A stretch of 64,000 nt of DNA from a virus: IMG/VR virus record IMGVR_UViG_3300030098_005409; one strand, given 5' to 3'. This document shows, in pieces, positions 47,444 through 54,173 of the stretch. Under the pieces are notes generated by a model. The model was not told the DNA's origin. It was given only the letters and a program-made list of their open reading frames with translations, and ran no database searches. The translations under genes and the position numbers were made by a program. How positions within the stretch are numbered: the first letter of the stretch is position 1; every line of letters starts with the position of its first letter.

Positions 47444-47672
47444 TTTGCTTTTCCATCGTTTCAACGTCGGCTAGTGCCTGTTCGTATCCACGAAGAAAAT
47501 TCTCTTCTGCAACTGCTAGCAGAAATTCTGGGAATTCGGCTGCAAAGACCTCAACTGCCATATCAACAGTTACATCTTCAGACCGAGCTAACCTCTCGCC
47601 AATATAATTAACGACCAGTTCTTTGAGTCCCGTCTCAGAACTCACAGTTTCATTTAAATCTATATTTTCCAT
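47436..47672 (-). CDS. hypothetical protein
   Basis: GAGG SD before MENIDL; 78 aa. Confidence 0.7.
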   Translation of the reverse strand: MENIDLNETVSSETGLKELVVNYIGERLARSEDVTVDMAVEVFAAEFPEFLLAVAEENFLRGYEQALADVETMEKQNV

Positions 47673-47679
47673 TTTAACC

Positions 47680-48999
47680 TCACAAATTTTGTGCGGCGAA
47701 TGTAGCAACTCTTGAACGCTCGCCCTTTAGAAGAGTTACGTGAGCAGCCAACTCAAAGTCTTTAAATTTCTCAACAGCATGAGTCAAGCCGTTCGTAGTA
47801 GCATCTATGTAAACGTTATCAATCTGTTCTACATCGCCCGTCAGCACAATCTTGGTTCCTTCACCAACTCTTGTTATTATAGTCTTTAATTCGTGAGTTG
47901 TCAAGTTTTGTGCCTCATCAATGATAATAAAAGCCTTTCCAATAGAACGACCGCGGATATAAGTGATCGCTTCAATCTCAATCGTGCCCTTCTCCAAGTA
48001 CATGTCAAGCGTAACCTTGTCATTGCCCATTAGAGTCTGAAGATTATCCTGAATCGGCATCAACCAGGGAGACATTTTTTCTTCCATCGTACCCGGTAAG
48101 AAGCCAATGTCCTTTCCTAGCGGCTGTACGGGTCTAGAAACGATTACACGGGTGTAGGTGGATGTTCTCTCGTCTAAGGTCTGTTCAAGGGCCGCAGCGA
48201 TCGCACAGAGCGTCTTACCGCTACCTGCTTTACCAATGGCTGTGATAACCTCAATGTCTGGGTCCATAAGGGCGTCTATCAAAAACGACTGCTCTTTGTT
48301 TCTCGGCTTGATGCCCCACACGCCCCTCTTTTCTTTTCGCAGCTGCCGTACGGGCGTATGTTCATTGATAAATCTTCCCAACGCAGTCTTTTTTTCATTT
48401 GCATTAGAAATAAGCATTACATACTCATTTGTTTTAAGATTAGTGTCTTCGAGATAAACGTCTTTTTTATCATAAAACTGATCTATTATTCCATCATCTA
48501 CTAAAACCTCTGAAAACCCAGTGTATATACTATCGCTATCATCGACAATCTGTTGATTTTGGAAATCCTCACACGGCAGCCCAATAGCATCTGCGGTAAC
48601 TCGCATGTTAATGTCGCGAGAAACAAGAATAACTTTTCTTTCAGATTCTCTTGCGACTGCTCTCGCAGTCGCGATAATAAGATGATCAGGGATCTTAATA
48701 TCTAAATCTTGTGGCAGATCATCTCTGTCTATATCTGCGGCAGATACTGATTTAACAATCCCCAGTCCTTGGCGAATGCGGACACCTTTTTTAAGGTTAC
48801 CCTTAGAGCGAAGTTCGTCCCAAATGCGTATAATCTTCCGCGCCTGGACTCCTACAAGGTCCTGACGCTTCTTGTGTTTGTCAATTTCCTCAAATACTTT
48901 TAAAGGGACATATACATCATTGTTTTTAAAAGCGTATATTGCGTCTGCGTTCGTTAAATAAACACTAGTATCTAACACATAAATCTTCTTACGGCTCAT
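47680..48999 (-). CDS. phoH: PhoH-family ATPase with N-terminal PIN domain (PhoH2/YlaK type)
   Basis: PIN: VLDTSV...EEID...PDHLI...SRD; PhoH: GKAGSGKT, GFLPG, RGRS, DEAQN, GDVEQID. Confidence 0.95.
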   Translation of the reverse strand: MSRKKIYVLDTSVYLTNADAIYAFKNNDVYVPLKVFEEIDKHKKRQDLVGVQARKIIRIWDELRSKGNLKKGVRIRQGLGIVKSVSAADIDRDDLPQDLDIKIPDHLIIATARAVARESERKVILVSRDINMRVTADAIGLPCEDFQNQQIVDDSDSIYTGFSEVLVDDGIIDQFYDKKDVYLEDTNLKTNEYVMLISNANEKKTALGRFINEHTPVRQLRKEKRGVWGIKPRNKEQSFLIDALMDPDIEVITAIGKAGSGKTLCAIAAALEQTLDERTSTYTRVIVSRPVQPLGKDIGFLPGTMEEKMSPWLMPIQDNLQTLMGNDKVTLDMYLEKGTIEIEAITYIRGRSIGKAFIIIDEAQNLTTHELKTIITRVGEGTKIVLTGDVEQIDNVYIDATTNGLTHAVEKFKDFELAAHVTLLKGERSRVATFAAQNL

Positions 49000-49017
49000 T
49001 ACAACCCTATTCTAAAC

Positions 49018-49025
49018 TAAATAGA
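49018..49025 (-). promoter_or_regulatory. putative late-promoter motif TCTATTTA
   Basis: intergenic, upstream of phoH. Confidence 0.35.
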
Positions 49026-49033
49026 CACCTCTT

Positions 49034-49531
49034 TTAATAGTTTCCAACTTTTGCTATATCGCCGGATGCTAAAACCTCGACTTTTGATGGCTTTAGATCA
49101 TCCTCGGACAAAGGTGGTGGCTCCATCCCTGCATCTGATACGAGTGTTGAGGAGCTTTGAATCTTACCGCCGCCTACACCCCAAAGCATCTCAATACCTA
49201 ACTCTTCGCATACATTCATCTCTGGTGTGTTGTTCGTCTTCCGATCGCCGCCGTTAGCAAAATAATCTGGTTTAATCCTCCGGAGAGCCTCACACACGGT
49301 ACCATCCCTATCATCAACGTTGGTTGTTTCTCCGGTTCCAGTGAAGCCTTCCAGAATTTCACATCGCTCATCAAATGGCATAAAAATATAGCCTTTCTTT
49401 CGCATCAGCCAATCATCCGAGTTAACAACAACCACTACGTGACCATATCGAGATGCCTCCTGAATCATCCTTAGGTGTCCAATATGAACCGGATCAAAAC
49501 CTCCGGACACACAAATAGTTTTCTTACTCAT
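49034..49531 (-). CDS. cytidylyltransferase-like (HIGH motif; TagD/RfaE family)
   Basis: SGGFDPVHIGH, VNSD, GGDR, KIQSSS; start at ATG 49531 overlapping upstream stop. Confidence 0.9.
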   Translation of the reverse strand: MSKKTICVSGGFDPVHIGHLRMIQEASRYGHVVVVVNSDDWLMRKKGYIFMPFDERCEILEGFTGTGETTNVDDRDGTVCEALRRIKPDYFANGGDRKTNNTPEMNVCEELGIEMLWGVGGGKIQSSSTLVSDAGMEPPPLSEDDLKPSKVEVLASGDIAKVGNY

Positions 49532-49763
49532 CTTCATCTGTCTCCGTCCGTGAAAGGAAGTTTCTTTCAATAGCACCGATTGCTTCTTCGGCATATGCCA
49601 GATTTCCAATTGCTGTGGCTATTTCATTTACAACACTTGGGTGCTTAGCAACTCCGATAGGGTTGTTCAAATATAACTCAATAACCGCGATTGCCTCTTG
49701 TCTATCTGCTTCAAAGCGAGCAAGGGTTGCTCGCACTAATTGTTCAGCCATCATATTACTCAT
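49524..49763 (-). CDS. hypothetical protein
   Basis: AGGAG SD before ATG 49763; the longer ORF-track start lies inside tRNA-Pro and is spurious. Confidence 0.75.
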   Translation of the reverse strand: MSNMMAEQLVRATLARFEADRQEAIAVIELYLNNPIGVAKHPSVVNEIATAIGNLAYAEEAIGAIERNFLSRTETDEDE

Positions 49764-49782
49764 TTTTTCTCCTATTATAAAA

Positions 49783-49860
49783 TGGTCGGGGCGGTAGGAT
49801 TCGAACCTACGACCCCCTGCTCCCAAAGCAGGTGCGCTAACCAGACTGCGCTACGCCCCG
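49783..49860 (-). tRNA. trnP: tRNA-Pro(UGG)
   Basis: full cloverleaf CGGGGCG/CGCCCCG, anticodon arm CCTGC-TTTGGGA-GCAGG, GGTTCGAAT, encoded CCA. Confidence 0.97.
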
Positions 49861-50292
49861 AATAATCTCCCATGTTTGATCTGGCAATAACTCAACCTCA
49901 GCCAAGAACTTGCCGGGATCTATTTTAATCCATTGATTGTCAGCTATTAAGGATAAAAAGTAAGTACCATCTTTTCTTTCATATAGAAAGTACTTATTTC
50001 CTATTACCGGCTGGATATTGAAATCTGCTTCGTAAATAATTTTAGACACATCCACTCGTTCTTTTACTTCTTTTACTTGTTCCATAATTAATTCAGCTTG
50101 CTTTCTTAGTTTATCTATTTCTTTTTCAGCATACCTCTCGGCTGCTGAGATGGCACGTCCCTTGATTGAGGACATGTCATTTGGTCTAATCGCGGGCGCT
50201 GCGGTATTCGTTCCATATGGCTTAATATTAGCATCAAATTCTTCTGTTTCATAGTTGTATACAACGTTGTCAGGAAATTTTTCTTTTGACAT
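49837..50292 (-). CDS. DUF2452-like protein; last 8 codons overlap tRNA-Pro
   Basis: PYGTNTAAPAI...YEADFNIQPVIGNKYFLYERKDG..FLSLI...W recalled as DUF2452. Confidence 0.7.
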   Translation of the reverse strand: MSKEKFPDNVVYNYETEEFDANIKPYGTNTAAPAIRPNDMSSIKGRAISAAERYAEKEIDKLRKQAELIMEQVKEVKERVDVSKIIYEADFNIQPVIGNKYFLYERKDGTYFLSLIADNQWIKIDPGKFLAEVELLPDQTWEIIRGVAQSG

Positions 50293-50296
50293 TCTC

Positions 50297-50704
50297 TTAC
50301 CATCGATGGTCTTTACCAGACCAGTCCTTAAACTCTTCTTTGCCTCCTCTTACACTCCAATCGGAATCTATTGTTAGTTTTGATGATAGTCCGCCTCTGG
50401 GATTGAAGTCCATTTCTATTCGAAGCCTGTTAGGGTCATAAACACTAATCAAGTCGTCATATACAACATTTATTAATCTTTCGTATGAAAGAAGTCGGTT
50501 TCGAAAATCTTGAAAATATTTTTTCAAAGACTTTAATTCAATAATGGTGTCTTTTGGATAAAAGACAATCCAGGCGGTTGCAAAATCGGGCTGATCTTTA
50601 ACTCCAATAAACGTAATTTCTGGATTTTTAATATTAATCTCATATCCATCCCCTGACGGATTTGGTAGAGTTTTTAGAATTGTTTTATCACTCCACTGTC
50701 TCAT
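50297..50704 (-). CDS. queF: QueF-like T-fold protein lacking the catalytic cysteine
   Basis: PNP...PE.T....QPDFA...ELKSLK.Y...FRN....E...DDL...P...F.PRGG; no Cys anywhere in the protein. Confidence 0.8.
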   Translation of the reverse strand: MRQWSDKTILKTLPNPSGDGYEINIKNPEITFIGVKDQPDFATAWIVFYPKDTIIELKSLKKYFQDFRNRLLSYERLINVVYDDLISVYDPNRLRIEMDFNPRGGLSSKLTIDSDWSVRGGKEEFKDWSGKDHRW

Positions 50705-50729
50705 ACTACTAATGCCTCAATATATCTCA

Positions 50730-50805
50730 TGGTGGAGATGACAGGATTCGAACCTGCGACCTGATGCGTGCAAGGCAACTGCTCTCCCAACTGAGCTACA
50801 TCCCC
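50730..50805 (-). tRNA. trnA: tRNA-Ala(UGC)
   Basis: GGGGATG/CATCTCC acceptor stem with G3:U70, anticodon TGC, encoded CCA; U28:U42 mismatch. Confidence 0.95.
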
Positions 50806-50810
50806 ATATA

Positions 50811-50886
<76 letters not shown>

Positions 50887-50899
50887 AAACTATTTGTAT

Positions 50900-50928
50900 A
50901 TTATACAAGATTCACCTTCATAATTCAA
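50900..50928 (-). promoter_or_regulatory. sigma70-type promoter for the tRNA-Thr/Ala operon
   Basis: TTGAAT-17 nt-TATAAT, 13 nt upstream of tRNA-Thr. Confidence 0.75.
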
Positions 50929-50958
50929 TACTATTTTGATAAATAAGTTCTAAGATAT

Positions 50959-51228
50959 CTACTCTGGATCATAAAGATCTTCGTCTTCATATTCGAAGTG
51001 CTCTGGCTCTTCCGTGTAAAGAACAATTGTGTAGAGTCCATTCCAATCAGTTGGAATTAATCTTCTTAAGATTCTTGAATCTTCTCGGGTGTCGGCATGA
51101 ACATACAAAGCCATACCGAGAGTGCTTTGACTGACATCATAAATACCTCTGTCGCCAAATTGAGTAATGGCTTTGAGAATTAGTTCTCGCTTTTCTGCTT
51201 TTGAGAAACGACTCTTTTTACTAGACAC
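50959..51228 (-). CDS. hypothetical protein
   Basis: 89 aa; coupled to upstream gene. Confidence 0.65.
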   Translation of the reverse strand: MSSKKSRFSKAEKRELILKAITQFGDRGIYDVSQSTLGMALYVHADTREDSRILRRLIPTDWNGLYTIVLYTEEPEHFEYEDEDLYDPE

Positions 51229-51416
51229 TAGTTTTTCTTTCTTCTAGTCTTTTTGTGAAGCTTTTCAAATAAAAGCTTTTTCCAAAGTGTTCCCTCTATT
51301 TCTTCTTCAGACATATTCAAAGAATACAAGCCAGCAAGAATCAAACGAATTTCACGATTTGATAGATATACTGTTTTTAAGAACGCTGGAATCTTTTTAT
51401 TGTTCTGGTCTGCCAT
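51228..51416 (-). CDS. hypothetical protein
   Basis: 62 aa. Confidence 0.6.
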   Translation of the reverse strand: MADQNNKKIPAFLKTVYLSNREIRLILAGLYSLNMSEEEIEGTLWKKLLFEKLHKKTRRKKN

Positions 51417-51443
51417 ATGTGTTTTCTCTGTTTGTTTCTAGTG

Positions 51444-51451
51444 TAAATAGT
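51444..51451 (-). promoter_or_regulatory. putative late-promoter motif ACTATTTA
   Basis: intergenic copy of recurring motif. Confidence 0.4.
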
Positions 51452-51471
51452 TCCTGCAATGGCAAAAACTA

Positions 51472-52062
51472 CTAATCGTTGCTGGCGCGTAATCCCTCTG
51501 AATCCCAGCCGCCTTGCTCCCATTTTTCATTCATTATGTGATTAATCTTATTAAAGTGCATAAATCCCAAAGCGTGCCCGAGTTCGTGTTCGAGCACTGT
51601 TTCTCTTATATCTCGACGCATATAGATTTTAGCATACTGAATTTTATTTGTTAGGTTATCAACGTAAAAATGTGTCTGGGCTAAAGCCTTGTCTTCCATC
51701 GGAACTCCTGACGTTACTAAATGAATGACAACATATCCCACCGGCTCGTCCATCATGCACTTGTTTAAGGGGTCGTGCTTGTACTGGGTTGAAAAGAACC
51801 TATATCCCAAGCGCTTCCAGAAGTTTACAGCCTTAACAATCTGCCTTTGACTTATTGGGGCATGTTCACAAACTATAATCGTTGGCGTAAGACTCCACGT
51901 GGCTACTTGTGATGGGCTGTTATGAACAAGCGGTACCCGCTTATGATTACTATCAAAATCACTTGCTGCTGCAGTTGTGAACAGAAATAGAGAACCGATC
52001 CACAGTGCTATGACAAGCACTATAAACAAACCGGTCCAGTCTAGATGAGAGTGGTTCTTCAT
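51472..52062 (-). CDS. membrane-anchored/secreted matrixin-like zinc metalloprotease (metzincin)
   Basis: N-terminal hydrophobic helix; HELGHALGFMH (HExxHxxGxxH) plus Met-turn HIM. Confidence 0.85.
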   Translation of the reverse strand: MKNHSHLDWTGLFIVLVIALWIGSLFLFTTAAASDFDSNHKRVPLVHNSPSQVATWSLTPTIIVCEHAPISQRQIVKAVNFWKRLGYRFFSTQYKHDPLNKCMMDEPVGYVVIHLVTSGVPMEDKALAQTHFYVDNLTNKIQYAKIYMRRDIRETVLEHELGHALGFMHFNKINHIMNEKWEQGGWDSEGLRASND

Positions 52063-52066
52063 ACAA

Positions 52067-52074
52067 TATTTAGT
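52067..52074 (-). promoter_or_regulatory. putative late-promoter motif ACTAAATA
   Basis: 4 nt upstream of ATG 52062, no SD. Confidence 0.35.
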
Positions 52075-52588
52075 TGAAAAAACCAATTTTATGATAAACG
52101 GTTCCCAAAACTCTTATTGAATTTCCTTCGGGATCTGGCACATACAGAGTCAGCGCTTGATGAGCATCATTAGGTGGGCGCCATATTATCTGCAACGCAT
52201 TAACCTCTGGTTCCCATATAGAGTCAAATTCGTTGCCTATATTATTTTCATAGTGATTGTAACAATTATAATTATTATTAGTAAGACTAGAAATTAAAGT
52301 ATCATGTAAATTATAACCTGAATTAAGAATAATGTCTCTGCCACAGATTGAAAAGAACTGTTTTTCTTCTGTATCTCTTTCAATAGCCAGACTGACAAAT
52401 CCAGAGATAAGATCTGTGTCTAGATTTTTATCGCACCAGAAGAGTAGAGTGTTTGGTCCTTGATTTCTACTCCACCAGCAGTCCATGGTTGCATATTGTT
52501 CTCCATATTCCTCTATTCTAGTATCTTCTTCACCTATATTAGAACAAGAACAAAGCAGAAACAATAAACAAATTACAATCTTATTCAC
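52070..52588 (-). CDS. putative lipoprotein
   Basis: MNKIVICLLFLLCSCSN signal peptide II/lipobox-like; GTG start. Confidence 0.65.
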   Translation of the reverse strand: MNKIVICLLFLLCSCSNIGEEDTRIEEYGEQYATMDCWWSRNQGPNTLLFWCDKNLDTDLISGFVSLAIERDTEEKQFFSICGRDIILNSGYNLHDTLISSLTNNNYNCYNHYENNIGNEFDSIWEPEVNALQIIWRPPNDAHQALTLYVPDPEGNSIRVLGTVYHKIGFFN

Positions 52589-52603
52589 CTTATATTAATT
52601 ATT

Positions 52604-52632
52604 ATTATATTAATATTAATTGTATATTGCAA
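52604..52632 (-). promoter_or_regulatory. sigma70-type promoter upstream of lipoprotein gene
   Basis: TTGCAA-17 nt-TATAAT just downstream of the tmRNA 3' end. Confidence 0.65.
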
Positions 52633-52647
52633 GCAAAATTTATATTT

Positions 52648-52960
52648 TGGTGGAGGTGGTGGGAATCGAACCCACGTCCAAAGCATATCCAACTTCAAGT
52701 CATTCACAGGTATAGTTTGTTTCTCTAAACAAACAAAGTATCAAATTCGATTCAATCCGCTCAAAAAAGCAAAAGCGTTTTTTTGGTTGTGTTCTTCTTG
52801 GACACCCGGCGAAGAACAACCGGGGATTAAGCAGCTAGTGCTAAACCGTAATCTGCGTCGTTTGCAGTTATATGTTTCTAACTAAAGTTTTATGTGATTG
52901 AGTTAGCTGTCACAACCTGCACTATCCATCTTCCTTACCCTGTCGAAACCTGTCACCCCC
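52648..52960 (-). ncRNA. ssrA: tmRNA (313 nt), tag (A)ANDADYGLALAA
   Basis: 5' GGGGGTG...TTCGAC; 3' GACGTGGGTTCGATTCCCACCACCTCCACCA; G3:U pair; tag ORF 52865-52827 after ATAACT. Confidence 0.95.
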
Positions 52961-52992
52961 TATTTTTATCTTGACAAGCTCAGAGAAATCCT

Positions 52993-53331
52993 TTACTCTT
53001 TGTCTATGCCAAATTTCCTCTTTATATCTATCCACGAACTTGGATTAACGCCCAATATTCTTCTTATCTCTGCATTAGTGTCAGCAACACTAATAACTGC
53101 ATTATACAGAGCTTCCTTAGAAATATCAACTATTTTCGACCAAAGATTAAAGCCGTACAGCTTACCATTAGTAAGCTTTATGGAACACTCTAACTTTAAT
53201 CCTATAACTTCTTCAAGAGTTAAAGCAGATAACATTATTTCAAACGCCTCAGAGGACTTACCTTCCTTGCGTAATGTATTTGATAGTGATTTGTTTCTAC
53301 TAAAACCCTTTTCTATATTAGGGTTTGTCAT
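52993..53331 (-). CDS. hypothetical protein
   Basis: 112 aa. Confidence 0.7.
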   Translation of the reverse strand: MTNPNIEKGFSRNKSLSNTLRKEGKSSEAFEIMLSALTLEEVIGLKLECSIKLTNGKLYGFNLWSKIVDISKEALYNAVISVADTNAEIRRILGVNPSSWIDIKRKFGIDKE

Positions 53332-53334
53332 ATT

Positions 53335-54171
53335 CTACTGTTCTAAAAGTTTGTCTACTAAACTTTCTAAATTAATTTCCATTCCTTCTTCCAACTCAAA
53401 ATCAGGAATGTCTGTCTCAGGTTCGCCTTCTTCTGGTGCAGCCACCGGCTCATCTGGCTGCGCATCTTGTGCTGCTTGTGGCTCCTCTGGGCTCGTCGCC
53501 AACTCTCCTTCAAACTTATCAAAATATAGCGCAAGGTTCTTCAGAAGGTATTCTTCAAACATTTTAATATCATTGGGGTTATCAAGATTATCGTATGCTA
53601 CTAGGATGTTTTTCTCGATATCTTGGAAGTCGTCATATGCCCTGTTACGACCGGTCTTATCTTCACCCTCAATACCAAACTCTTCTCTTTCATCGGGCTC
53701 TTCTGCTGGCTCTTCTACTTTATCTTCAACGTCAATAAACGCTGGATCATCCTCAGGCTTGTCGGAAATAGTTATATCGACATCCTCTTCCACAGCCTCA
53801 ATCTCTTCGTCTTCGCCGGCTTCCTTACGGGACTCTTCAGGTGCAAGAGACATCTCAACAGCATTGAGGATATGGGCTCTATATGAATCTCTCTGTTGCT
53901 TGTCGGTGGTAAGAGACTTATATCCTGTTTCAATAACAGATAATAAGTTAGAGTTCTTAAGAAGATCTTCTAAGGTATTAATGCCTGTACTTTCATGTTT
54001 CGCCACGGACGCAACATTACTCTTCTCGGATAGTAAAGTTCGAATGACAGAACGAAGCTCATTTTCTTCGTTTAATCTTTTTGTTTCTCTTCTACCTAAA
54101 ACGTGGCGAATGGCTTTGCGCACATTCTCACGGAGCATTAGCTCTTCTGCAAATTCTTTACGATCAATCAT
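53335..54171 (-). CDS. acidic hypothetical protein, candidate head scaffold/internal protein
   Basis: 278 aa; E/D/P-rich; LRxxIRxLLxE helices. Confidence 0.7.
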   Translation of the reverse strand: MIDRKEFAEELMLRENVRKAIRHVLGRRETKRLNEENELRSVIRTLLSEKSNVASVAKHESTGINTLEDLLKNSNLLSVIETGYKSLTTDKQQRDSYRAHILNAVEMSLAPEESRKEAGEDEEIEAVEEDVDITISDKPEDDPAFIDVEDKVEEPAEEPDEREEFGIEGEDKTGRNRAYDDFQDIEKNILVAYDNLDNPNDIKMFEEYLLKNLALYFDKFEGELATSPEEPQAAQDAQPDEPVAAPEEGEPETDIPDFELEEGMEINLESLVDKLLEQ

Positions 54172-54173
54172 TT

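Noticed and set aside
49764-49826. N-terminal extension MGAGGRRFESYRPDH of the ORF-track 100-aa protein
   Set aside because: It is read through tRNA-Pro; the real start has an AGGAG SD at 49763.
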